Shown here piece by piece: positions 36,809 through 49,177 of a stretch of DNA of 64,000 bases. The notes below the pieces were generated by a model. That model searched no databases. It saw only the letters and a program-made list of their open reading frames with translations, and was not told the origin of the DNA. The DNA is from Mobula hypostoma. Taxonomy: Eukaryota. A program made the translations under genes and the position numbers. The first letter of the stretch is position 1. Every line of letters starts with the position of its first letter. The DNA lies in contig NC_086097.1 in assembly GCF_963921235.1 (NCBI RefSeq), positions 31,002,001 to 31,066,000 on the forward strand. Reading direction: 5' to 3'.

Positions 36809-38785
36809 GTTATATCTTTCCTGATTTGGATTGTTACTTTAACTTTAATACTAGATCTCTCTACTTGTAAGTTCACAGCTGTTGTTGATTTTCGCTTTGT
36901 TAAGCAATTAGCTTTCGTCATCAGGTCGGCTATTTTATATTGTTTGTACATTTCAGGCAACTTGTTGAAGTCGGGGGAGTTTTGATCAATGACTGAATCT
37001 ACCTTTTGTTGGGCAGTACACTGAGAAGTACTGTCTTTTTACACTAGCTCCTTGTGCACTGTAACATAATAAAACTACCTTCAACTATAACTATGCTGGG
37101 AGTGGAGTTATCTGTCTGTCTAGCTTGAGAAACTGGGAAAGGTCTTGAGCAAGGGCAGAATATTTCCTCTGTACCCTCTATAAAGCTTCCACATCTTTTC
37201 TATAATGAGGCAACCAGAACTGAACACAATATTCCAAGTGCTGTCTAACTAGCATTTTATTCCCTCTCACAATCTTTTTAATATTGTTTCATTTAGCACA
37301 TCTTATCTGTCTTTTCTGGCCAAGATAAGAGTCTTTATCCATCTAGCCTGTGCCAGTCTTGTTGTCTGCCTACTCCCAACCATATGCATCTAGATCATGG
37401 CCTTCCATACCCCTCCCATCCTCAAGCAGAAACCCCCCAGAACCCAAACACATTGAAAAATTTCCTGAAATATTCATGACATCGATATTTTCTTGTCTTA
37501 CTGTCCCAAGTAAATGTGACTGGAGCCCTAATCTCCTCAAATGTTTTTTGTGTAGAAAACCTTGAGGGGCATAGTTAGGGTGAATACACACAGTCATTTC
37601 CCTAGGATTGGTCAATCAAGAAGGAGAGGGTTTAAAGTTAGAGGGAGAAGACTTAATAGGAACTACAGGAGTACCTTTTTTTACGCAGAGGGTGGCATGA
37701 ATGTGGATTGAGTATCTATTCTAGAAATCTATTTCTACTCTATCTCAGGAGACAAATTATCCAGTTACTTTTTTTTTGTCCTGATGCAAGGTTTCAACTC
37801 GAAACGATGAAAATTCCCTCCAGGGCCCCTCAGATACTGCCTAACCCGCTGAGTTCCTCCAGCAGATAGTTGGCTGGTGCAGGTCTTATGCTGCCCAGAT
37901 CCAAAGAACTACCAAAAATCAACAAGACTTGAACCTTGTATTTGATATTTGCACAGTTGGGTCTTCTTTTGCATGTAGTTTGTTTGTTAGTCTTTGTTTG
38001 TATGTAGCTTTTCATTGACTTCATTTATTCTCTGTGTTTCTGAGAATGCCCGCAAGAAAATGAATCTCAGGGTAGTATATGGTGACATTTATATGCTTTA
38101 ATAATAAATTTACTTTAAGAGTAGGTTAAAAGGTCAGCACATATCATGGGCCAAAGGGCCTGCACGGTGCTGTAGTGTTCCAAGTTCCATATTAAAAGTA
38201 TCTGCATGCAATCTTGTGGCAGTAATATTTTGATGAAGGTTTTCTAGCTCAACGCACACACCAGCTGTAGTATAATTCCAAGAAACGGTGACATATGTTA
38301 CAAATTTCCTTCTCCTTTGATTTTATTTTGTTGACAAGGGATAGAGATCCTCGCTTAAGCACTTAGATTAAATAATGCATTGCAGTTTCAATGGTTTACC
38401 CAGTGAAAAGAAAGATCTAACAGGTCAGACAGTCAAATATTAGTCAGTACTAAGTAAACTGACCTCTGCCACAGGTCAGAAAATCAGTAACTTGGCTTAT
38501 TATTGTCACATGTACTGAGATGCAGTGAAAAACTTAGCTTTGCATACCATCTGTACAGATCAATTCATTACACAGTGCACTGAGGTAGTACAAGGGAAAA
38601 CAACAACAGAATGCAGAAATAAGTGTTGCAATTACAGAGAAAGTACAGTGCAGACAGACAATAAGGTTCAAGGACATGGCCAGCTAGACTGTGAGGTCAA
38701 GAATCCATTTATCGCTCTTGGGAATTAGAATTGGTATTGATTTATTAATACATGTACCAAGGTCCAGTGAAAGGCTTGTCTGGTA

Positions 38786-39789
38786 CAGGTGTCCCCCACT
38801 TTTCGAATGTTCGCTTTACGAAACCTCACTGTTATGAAGGACCTACATTAGTTACCTATTTTTGCTGTTTTCACTGTTATGATAGAAAAATGCGTGAGGC
38901 TAAGCAGTCAAGCAAGCCTTCCACATCAGACGACGAACCTCGACCTTCGACATCGAGATGGGCAGTCATAGGAGAAGATGAGCTGCCTGCCCTGACGGAA
39001 ATAGACGACGATGAGATGACACCCCAGTGTCCCACCACCCCAACCCCTGGGCCGCCAACCGATACCGATCTGCGGAGAATGCAGCGGTAGCTGGGACGCA
39101 CCCAGTACATCTTTAAGAAAAAAGCCGAAATAAACAAGCTAATTAATTAGGTGCCACCCGGCACGTAATTAATTAGCTTGTTTATTTCGGCTTTTTTCTT
39201 AAAGATGTGCTGGGTGCGTCCCGGCTACCACTGTACCCCTGCATGCTTCGCGGATCGGTATCAGTTGCTGCCCGGAGGGTGGGGACCACTGCACCACCCC
39301 AACCTCTGACGACTCAGCCGAACACACCATCATCAGTGTGCTCGGTGCTGTTCTTCCCGATTCCCGTAAGTGATACTACACTGTACATACATTATTTCTA
39401 CTTTATATAGGCTGTGTATTTTTATGTGTTATTTGGTATGATCTGGCAGCTTCATAGCTTAAGGGTTACTGGAGAGAGTGTTTCTGCTGAGAGCGCTTGT
39501 GTGAGATTTTCGCTACGGAGAACAGTGCGGCAATCAATGATTGTAGAGAAGTATTTCTACTTTATATAAGCTGTGTATTTATCATATCATTCCTGCTTTT
39601 ACTATATGTTACTGTTATTTTAGGTTTTATGTGTTACTTGGCATGATTTGTTAGGTTATTTTTGGGTTTGTGAATGCTCACAAATTTTTCCCACATAAAT
39701 AAATGGTAATTGCTCCTTCGCTTTACCACATTCTGGCTTACGAACCATTTCATAGGAACGCTCTACCTTTGGATGGCGGGGGAAACCTG
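38786..39789 (+). mobile_element. Non-autonomous Tigger/pogo-type element, 1004 bp, with a central hairpin
   Basis: TIRs CAGGTGTCCCCC / GGGGGAAACCTG; TA flanks at 38784-38785 and 39790-39791; acidic PSTSDDEPRPSTS remnant like Tigger C-termini. Confidence 0.85.
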
Positions 39790-39837
39790 TATACGGTTCA
39801 TACAGATCAAATTACTAAAACAATATAAGAAAAAGAT

Positions 39838-40440
39838 TACACGAGGAAATCTGCAGATGCTGGAATTTCAAGCAACACACATAAAAATTGCTGGTGAACG
39901 CAGCAGGCCAGGCAGCATCTATAGGAAGAGGTACAGTCAACGTTTTGGGCCAAGACCCTTCGTCAGGACTAACTGAAAGAAGAGATAGTAAGAGACTTGA
40001 AAGTGGGAGGGGGAGGAGGAGATCCGAAAAGATAGGAGAAGACAGCAGGGGGAGGGATGAAGCTGGACAGTTGATTGGCAAAAGGGATATGAGAGGATCA
40101 TGGGAGGGGAGACCTAGAGAGAAAGAAAGGGGGAGGGGGGAACCCAGAGGATGGGCAAGGAGTATAATGAGACGGACAGAGTGAGAAAAAGAGAGAGAAA
40201 AAAAATATAATAATAATAATAAATAAATAACAGATGGAGTATGAAGGGGAGGTGGGGCATTAATGGAGGTTTGAGAAGTCAATGTTCATGTCATCTGGTT
40301 GGAGGCTACCTAGTCGGAATATAAGGTGTTGTTCCTCCAACCTGAGTGTGGCTTCATCTTTACAGTAGAGGAGGCCGTGGATAGACATACAGAATGGGAA
40401 TGGGACGTGGAATTAAAATGTGTGGCCACTGGGAGATCCT
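39838..40440 (-). mobile_element. PLE 3' end: GIY-YIG endonuclease C-terminus, 3' UTR and hammerhead
   Basis: Minus strand QDLPVATHFNSTSHSHS, then (frameshift) GLLYCKDEATLRLEEQHLIFRLGSLQPDDMNIDFSN. Confidence 0.88.
39935..39970 (-). ncRNA. Minimal type-I hammerhead motif, one core substitution
   Basis: Minus strand AGTC-CTGACGA-A-GGGT-CTTG-GCCC-AAAAC-GTT-GACT. Confidence 0.78.
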
Positions 40441-40499
40441 GAATGTCAGACCTTGAAGTGGATGGACTACAGCAGCAGAAGACCATGAACATACACTAA
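40441..40499 (+). mobile_element. Tc1-derivative terminal fragment, continuing at 41555-41569
   Basis: CCTTGAAGTGGATGGACTACAGCAGCAGAAGACCATGAACATACAC matches 5081-5127. Confidence 0.85.
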
Positions 40500-41554
40500 G
40501 GTTAAGTCCACACTACGCCGGATAATTTTGAAAACGAAGCTTTTTCTCTTCGTTTTGACCCTCCATCCACACTAAAGCGGCGTTTTCATCCCCTGAAAAC
40601 GGAGATTTTCAGAAACGGTCTCCAGAGTGAATAAATCTGAAAACGCCTAATATCTGTTGTAGTGTGTACGGGATAAACGGAGAGATTTAAAAACGCTGTC
40701 ATGATAACACCACAACAACAATGTTTTTTCTGCTTCTGCTTGGTACTGCGCAAGCACTGCCAGACGGCTGTTATAACACGCGGTCGGTGTGAATGGCATG
40801 AGAGTTAAATTGTAAAGTGAGCTTTTTTGACTATTTAAAAACGCTGTCATGACATGCTGGAACAGATGGCCACAGCGCGGCATTTTGTTGCTTTCTTGCA
40901 CGCAACCCCCCACATAACCTAACAATTTCAGAACGGACGGCAACGAGACTGAAGCCAGAAGAGTTAGAAATGTATTCACCAAATACTTTGATCCATAGCT
41001 TGCTGAATAAGTAAGTCTACTCACTTTGCCCTGTTTTCTGTCCTTGCTTGTATGAAGGTGTTTGCCTATTTATGAAAGTACTTCTCTGACAATGGATGTG
41101 TAACAGTCTAATGTAACATTGAATAGAAATACAAGGTAACACTGATGCAGACATGTTTTATACATTTAACAAGGTGCTTTATTAATGCAACAGAGTTAGT
41201 CAGGTTTTCAATGTTCGTTGTCAGCCGGGTCATACTGTCCGTGAACTCCCTGTCGGTTGCCTCCATACGCTCCAGTATTTGTTTTTTTTTAAAATTTTAA
41301 GTCCTCCTGCACAAGAGCCAGGAGCAATTCCTTTTAAGTTTTTCTACTCTGTAACTGGACAAACGCGCACTAAGTATACCGTTTCCTCTTCACTTGTTTT
41401 CTGTGTGTCCTGCGCGTGACCAGTAGAGGAGATTCGCCCAGATAGCCGTGTTAGTGTGCACAGAGATACTTTGAAAAACGCTTAGTGTGTACGCCTGTCA
41501 TTTTTACTCGAAACCGGCATTTTCAAAATTATCCGGCCTAGTGAGGACGTAGCC
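40500..41554. mobile_element. Non-autonomous PIF/Harbinger element, 1055 bp
   Basis: ~37-bp TIRs GGTTAAGTCCACACTACGCCGGATAATTTTGAAAACG / CATTTTCAAAATTATCCGGCCTAGTGAGGACGTAGCC; TAA / TTA flanks; repeated subterminal AAAACG motifs. Confidence 0.9.
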
Positions 41555-41734
41555 TTAGTGGCCACTGAGCTTATGTTATTGAATAGAATGATTATGTAAG
41601 AGGTGAAGCAGCTACACCTCTTGCTGCAATATCTGATGGTGCATGTTAATGACTGTGGGCTGGGAGGGTGCTAGTGGGGGAGAAGTCAGTTTAACTGGAG
41701 AATTTCCTTTACATGGTAACAACTTAAAAAGCAT

Positions 41735-42042
41735 TAAAGATTAAAGATTAGCTTTATTTGTCACATGTACATCGAAATATACAGTGAAATGCACTGTTGT
41801 GTCCAAGGATGCGCTGGGGCAGCCCACAATTTTTGCTATGCTAACACCGCCAGCATAGCAAACCCACAGCTTTCTAAACCGTACGTCTTCAGATGTGGGA
41901 GGAAGCTGGAGCACCCGGAAGAAACCCACATGGTCACGGGAAGAACATATGGACTCCTTACACACATCACTGGGATTCGAACCCTGATCTTATAGTTGAC
42001 ACTGTAAAGTGACTGGGCGAACTGCTGGGCTACCGTGCTACC
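41735..42042 (-). mobile_element. V-SINE, full length
   Basis: Antisense B-box GGGATTCGAACCC, V-domain, and antisense (TAATCTT)n tail. Confidence 0.85.
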
Positions 42043-43574
42043 CTTTATGGAATGCCTTTGCAAGTGAAAGGACACACACACAGTTTCCAAGAATAGACTA
42101 AAACCTCAGACTAAAACAAATGAGTTACAATTGTTCTAATTAAATAAACAGACTGCATTTACATTAGGTCATCAACAAATAGTCTAAATTGCTTTAAAGC
42201 CAAGAACTTGTTCAAGGTGGAATTCAGGCTAGCATTACGCTTTACATCACCAGCAAGTGGGGTTCAATTCGCCTACTGCTTGTAAGGAGTTTCTATGCTC
42301 TCTCCATGACCACACAGATTTGTTCTGGGTGCTCCAGTTTCCTCCCACATCCAAAGATCATTCCATCACGGCTTATTTATTTTCCCTCTCAACCCCATTC
42401 TCCTGCCTTCTCTCTATAACCTTTGAAGCCTTTACTAATCAAGGCCCTATCAACCTCCGCTAAATATACCCAATAACAGTACACAGTTAGGTAACGCTTT
42501 TCATTGTACATTTAGGTATACAATACATGTGACAAATAAAGCTCATCTTATTCCTTTCTTTTTTAATTTAACAAGATGGATCAGATATTTTACCTCACTG
42601 AGATCTCTGTAACAGTCAGCAATTGGGCCCTAGCCTCCCCAGCATCAAGGTCATCTCCAAAAGGCGATGCCTGAAAATGGGAAAATGGTGGCATCCATCA
42701 TTAAGGATCACCCCCTCCCCACTCAGAACATGCCCTCTTGTCATTACTACCATCAGCGAGAAGGTACAAGATACACCTCCGCCATCACCATCAGTTTTCT
42801 GAACGAACAATGAACCCATGAACACTACCTCACTATTTTTGCTCCATTTTTACACTACTTAATTTAATATATTTCAGTTTGTAATTTATAGTATATTTTA
42901 TGTTTGCACTGTACAGCTTCTAAAAAACAACAACATTTCACGGTATATGTCAGTGTCAACCTGATTTTGATTCAGATTGTTGACACTTTGGGCCTATTCT
43001 ACAGTACATAGATTTGTACTCTAAAACAAAATCTTTCAAAAAAAATTAATTATTGACGTACTTTTAATTTAAATTTCATGATCACATAACAGCCTTTGGC
43101 TTTAATCTAAGTGTATTATGAGAGGCATTGGAGAGGTCCAGAGGATTACAGGGTCCTCCCTGCTCTGAACAGATGGCACATCGGCCCCACACTAGACTCA
43201 AAGCGATGGTTTCCCTCAATGACGCACTGGGAGTGTCAGTCTGGGTAACGTAATCTGGAGTCAGGTTTGAACTTAGCACTACCTGAGTCTGTGCCATGGA
43301 CTGAGTTAGAGTAACACCTGATATGCCAAGCTCACTGACACAGGAGACATACAAATCCTGGTGTACGTATGCACAGAACCAGCAGGTACGAGTATAAACG
43401 CAAGAGGTTCGATTTTGTCATTTAAAGTAAAATTGGATCGCTATATGGACAGGAAAGGAATGGAGGCTAATGGGCTGAGTGCAGGTCGGTGGGACTAGGT
43501 GAGAGTAAGCGTTCGGCATGGACTAGAAGGGTTGAGATGGCCTGTTTCCGTGCTGTAATTGTTATATGGTTATA

Positions 43575-44240
43575 TGCTGCAGATGCTGGAACACCAGAGC
43601 AACACACACAAAATGCTGGAGGAAATCAGCAAGTCCGGCAGCATCTATGGAGGGGAATAAACAATCGACGTTTTGGGCCAAGACCTTCATGCTGTCATGA
43701 GTGTATAGGGTACAGAATCGAGGGGACAGTGTACAAATTATCAACCTCGTATTCTGTCTGGATAGCCTCCAACCCGAGGGCATGAACTTTGATTTTTGTA
43801 ACTTCTGGTCATGTCACACCCCACCCTCTTCTCTCTTTCTCCATTCCCCATTCTGGTTCTCCTCTCACTCCTTCTCTTCTTTCTCATCTGCCCATTACCA
43901 CCCTATGGTTTCCCTCCTTCTTCCCTTTCTTCCATGGTCTACTCTCCTCCCCTATGAGATTCCTTCTTCCTCAGCCCTTTACCTCTTCACCTCTCTCTCC
44001 CCAGCTTCTTACCTCATCTCCCCTCCTCCACCCACCCACCTCCTCCCTCACCTGGTCTCACCTATCACCTATCAACTTGTACTCCTTCCCCCTCCTGCCA
44101 CCTTATCATACTGGCTTCTGCCCCCTTTCTTTCCAGTCCTGATGAAAAGTCTCAACCTAAAACATCGCCTGTTTATTCCCTTCCATAGATGATGAATCCC
44201 TCTAGCATTGTGTGTGTGTTGCTCAAGATTTCTAGCGTCT
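43575..44240 (+). mobile_element. PLE fragment with an inverted 3'-end copy (43575-43690) at its 5' side
   Basis: NLVFCLDSLQPEGMNFDFCNF (GIY-YIG terminus); degenerate hammerhead at 44134-44171; antisense partial hammerhead at ~43663-43690. Confidence 0.82.
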
Positions 44241-44829
44241 GCAGAATCTCGTGTTTATAAAGAGATTCTTGTTGATTGAGTGTTAAGGGTTACAGGGCCA
44301 GGGCAGAAAAACGGACACTGAGTTCCAAAGGAACAGTGGGAGAGACTGAGTGTACAATAATGTCTGCACACAGTCCTCCAACTAAGTAGGTGGCCGAGAG
44401 GGAAGAGGTCAGACAGATGGTCATGGTCTCCAGCTGTTCTGTGTTCACTTCAAGTGCAAAGGTTCAGGGACATACAGGGACTTGTCTGGCTAAAAACCAC
44501 GCCAGGGTCTAGGAATCCTGTTGCTGTTGTACGTTAGCTCCACAAATCTTCCAGGGAGCTTGGCGTTTGATAGTCTGAAGCTTTTAATTAGACCCCAGGA
44601 GATTTCAGAATAGGCCAAATTATGCAGCTTTCCCTGAGAGCATCCTGTGCCAAGTCACATCAGATCCCTCTCTGCCCCATCTGCTCCCCTCTTCTGAAGG
44701 CAACAGCTCACGATGAATCCGGGCTGAATCACGGACTTGATGACATCACCTAGTGGGTGATGTCTCGATTCACCCTTTACTAAACCTCTCCTGAATCCAC
44801 ACACCCCCACCCACCAACTATGTCTCTCT

Positions 44830-45070
44830 CTCTCCACACACACAGATAAAGAAAGTCACACATAAACACATACACAATCAGTTAGACAGAGGCACAGAGA
44901 CCAACATAGTCACACAGACACACACACACAATCACTTAGAGAGATGCACGCATATCACATAGATACACACACATACACAATCACTTAGAGAGATGCACAC
45001 ATATCACATAGATACACACACAGACGTAGCTAATCACACACACACAAACACCTAGACAGACACACACGTC
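44830..45070. repeat. CA-rich low-complexity tract with a 49-bp tandem duplication
   Basis: ATCACTTAGAGAGATGCAC at 44931 and 44980. Confidence 0.8.
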
Positions 45071-45994
45071 CCTTCCCACTTCGCACATAAATGAGACAGA
45101 GAATAGGAAGCTACACATTCTGCACTCTGGGTAAAGCACATTAAAATGTGGATCAGCTAATCGTGTGAGAGCAACATCTTGGTGCAATTTCCCGGGCATT
45201 GAAGCACTGCTCTGTCCAAGGATGAGATGCTGCCTCATTACCAGACCACTCAGTGGATGTGGTGTGACTACTGACGAGGGTAATGGTGTTCACTGCCACT
45301 TGTAAATGGGACAGCGGTTTCCAGCCACAGCACACGGACAATGATATAAATCAGGGAGCCACTCCGAGTGCTGCAAGGGAACGCTGCTTCAGTGGTAGGA
45401 AACTTGGCAGGGTGTGAGTCTGGATACCTCAGCTACCGAGTGAACAAACCGCACAGTCAGGACCTCTGAACATAATGCATTTTGCAGGTTGATGAAATGA
45501 CAAACAGATGGTCAACCTGAGCGCAGCTGCTGAGGGAATCTCGAGCTATCGATGCAGATTTATTTATCATGTGTACATACAGTCAAATGCATCGTTTACA
45601 TTAACAACCAACACACCCAAGAATGTGCTGGGGGTAGTCCACAAGTCTCACCACACATTCTGGCACCAGCATAGTATGCCCACAATGGTTGACGGAACAA
45701 CACAGAACAACAAGCAATAAAACAATAGCAAAAGCAAGCCTGTTCGTCCCTCCACCCTCGCACTCAACAATCCCAGGTCAGGCCTCAGCCTTCAGCAGCC
45801 ACAAACTCATTGCAGAGAGTTATGCACATCACAGAAACCAACTTACTCTCCATGGGCTCTGCCTACACTTCTCGCGGCCCCAGTAAGCCAGCCTGCATAA
45901 TCAAAGACCCCACCCAGCCCGGACACTCTGTCTTCTCCTCTCTCCCTTCAGGCAGAAGATACAACAGCCTGAAGTCACGTACCACTAGGCTCCA

Positions 45995-46725
45995 CACACT
46001 CCGTGTAAAATAAAAATTATCTCCGACATCCCTCACAAATATTGTTCTCCAATCACCTTAAAATTATGCCCCATTTCAACCCTGGGTAAAAGTCTCTGGC
46101 TAACCATCCATCAATGCCTCTCATAATTTTATACATTTATATCAAGTCGCCTCTCGTCCTCCTTCACTCCAAAGAGGAAGGCTCTAGCTTACTCAACCAA
46201 TCCTCATAAGTCATACTCTCTAATCCAGGTAGCATTCTGGTAAATGTCCTCTGCACCATATCTAAAACTTCAACTTTCTTCCTATAATGAAGCAACCAGA
46301 ACTGAACACAATACTCCAAGAGCAACATTGCCTCGTGGCCCTTGAATTCAATACTCTGATTTTCTTTGGTTCCTTTCTCCCTCGTGTCATTTTGTAATTT
46401 GTTCTCCTGAGAGTGGCTTGATAGAGGTGTGCAAGATGATAAGAGGCAGATACAGACTGAACAGCCAGAGGTGTTTCCCCCCGAGAATGAAGTATAAGGG
46501 GGATGTCAGAGGTAAGTGCTTTTTTGCACAGCGTGGTGGGTGCATGGGACACTCTGCCAGGGGTGATGGTGGAGGCAGATTCATTTGCAACGTTTAAGAG
46601 ACTCTTAGGTAGGTGCACGGATGATAGAAAAGTGGAGGGCTCTGTGGGAGGGAGGGGTAGAGTAGGGTAAAAGATCAGCACAGCATTGTGGGCTGAATGG
46701 CCTGTACTGTACTGTTCTATGTTCC
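45995..46725. mobile_element. Two CR1 3' fragments in divergent orientation (- 45995-46320; + 46410-46725)
   Basis: Similarity to the CR1 3' ends at 30480-30830 and 36350-36800. Confidence 0.7.
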
Positions 46726-48244
46726 ATCAGTGCCCAGTTTCTACACTTGGACCAGTGTGTAGTGCAGTCACACACAGGCAGTGGTTTTGAGTCAGTAGGT
46801 AGACAGAACTGCAGAGGGTACTGTACATTAGTTGTGTACCAGGCAATCAGGAAGGCAAAGCCTCATCACAGAACTATAGAATGGCTACAGCACAGAAGGA
46901 ATGATTCAGCCCACCCACTCCAGTCCATCCTATTCACTGTAGATTGACAGATTTATCTTCACCATATATTTATTCAGTTCTGTCTTAAAGATACAAAGGA
47001 ACCATCTATAGTTGGTACATTCCACTTTAATGTGAATATGCTTTCATCGTGTCTCTCTTGATCTCTAGAATTGCATGCAGTTCTCCAGAACAATGAGAAC
47101 ATTTTTGGTAAGTGTTAAGGTATTATATTTTATTTTACTTGAGATGGTTTGAGCGGTAAAGTGCAACCTACAAATTATGTTTCACAGAAATCTACTCCAT
47201 GCATCGAAGGTTAACGGGAGCACATCCTCATACAGCACTGCCACAGGAAAGCAGCATCCATCATCAGGGACTCCCACCACCCAGGCCATGCTCTCTCCTC
47301 ATTGCTGCCATCAGGAAAGAGGTACAGAAACCCTAGATTCCACAGCACCAGTTTCAGGAACAGTTGTTGCCCTTTAACCATCAGGCTCCTGAACTGGCGT
47401 AGATAACTACACTCACCTCAACACTGAAGTGATTCCACAACCTATGGACTCATTTTCAAGGAATCTACAACTCATGGTCTCTGTATTATTTATTATTTTT
47501 GTACTTGCATAGATTATCTTCTTTTGCACATTTGTTGTTTATCAGTTGTGTGAGGATTTTCATTGATTTTACTGTATTTCTTCGCTCTACTCAGAATGCC
47601 TGCAAGAAAATGGGTAGTATATGATGACATATATGTACTATGTTAAATTTACTTTGAAATTTGAAGGGAAACGGAGGGCTAAGTGGGAGGGAAGGGTTAG
47701 ATTTATTTTGGAACAGGTTAAAAAGGTCTGCATAATATTGTGGGCCAAGGGTCTGTCCTGTTCTATATTATTCTGTGTTCTATACAGGCAGAATCAAAGC
47801 CTAAGGAAAAAAGGTGGGTGTTGAGATGAAGATTGGATTCGAATGACTTAACCAAATGGCAGACTGGACTCCAGGGGCCAGTTAGTCTACTTCTCCTGCT
47901 TATGGTCCTAATATAATCTTCAAAACCTTTGGACACTGTAAAGAGTTTCCCAGCCAGTGCCTCCATGTAGTCATTGTTGTTAGTCTGTTAAACAAAGCTG
48001 GCCAGCAATGATAGCAAGTAATCATATTTCATTCAACACACACAAAAAATGCTGGTGAATGCAGCAGGCCAGGCAGCATCTATAGGAAGAGGTACATTCA
48101 TATTTTCTGCAGAAAAAATATTAACCAGGATGCTTAGTAGTGCTACTCACTTGATCAGTATCATCAACTGTGCAGCACAAAGCATAGTCTTCTGAATTGG
48201 CAAACAAGGATATTACTGTAAATATGATTTCCAAAAGATCGAAG

Positions 48245-49170
48245 GAGTGCATAGAACATTTAGAAGGACGTTGTCGGGACTTGAGGAGTTGAGTTAGAGG
48301 AAAAGGTTGAATAGATTAGGACTTTATTCTCTGGAGCATAGGAGAATGAAGAGATTTGTTAGAGGCATAAAGATTTATGAGAAGTATACATAAAGTAAAT
48401 GCAAGGAGGCTTTTTACACTAAGGTTGGGTGAAACTAGAACTATACATCATGGATTAAGGATGAAAGGTGAACCCACTTACGGGGAACATGACGGGGAGC
48501 TTCTTTACTTAGAGGGTGGTGAGAGTGAGGAACGAACTTCGAGCAGAAGTGGTGGATGCTGGTTACGTTTAAGAGCTGTTTAGATAAGTACATGGATAGG
48601 AGGGGCATGGAGGACTATGGTTCAGGTGCGGGTCAATAGGATGAGGCAGAGTATCAGTTCAGCATGGACTAGATGGGCAGAAGGGCCTGCTTCTGTGCTG
48701 TATGGCTCTATGACTCTGAGACATTTGATAAAGCTGTTAGCTGCATTTAAGATTCCTGGAACTAAATACACAAGCAACTGATCTGGTAAGGAAAATGGTC
48801 AAGCAGTGAGAGACAAAGAATAGGGATAATTGGCAGGTGTTCAATTTGGCAGTGTGTCCTGGAGGGATCTGTGCTGGGTTCTCAACTATTTACTGTATTT
48901 ATAAATGACTTAAAAGATGGATGGAAAGCTATATATCAAAGTATGCTGATGACACAAATATTGGAAGCATTGTAAGCAGGGTGGATGGCTGCATCAAGTT
49001 ACAAAGAGATATTAATAGATTGAATGGATGGGTGGGATTGTGGCAGATGGATTTCAGTATGAGGTCATTCATACTGGGCCTGAAGAGAATCAAACACAGC
49101 GTTTTCTAAGTGGAAGAAAATACTTGCTGTGAAGATCCAAAGAGATTAGGGTTTATTCAGGAGGACTACT
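48245..49170 (+). mobile_element. CR1 fragments (3' end 48245-48720; older RT piece 48780-49170)
   Basis: LGLYSLEHRRM motif; ESYISKYADDTNIG...LQRDINRL. Confidence 0.75.
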
Positions 49171-49177
49171 GAAAACA

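Noticed and set aside
43701..44192. 163-aa Ser/Pro/Leu-rich ORF and similar ORFs at 25871 and 39815
   Set aside because: These are translations of the pyrimidine-rich PLE 3' UTR, which is stop-poor by composition.
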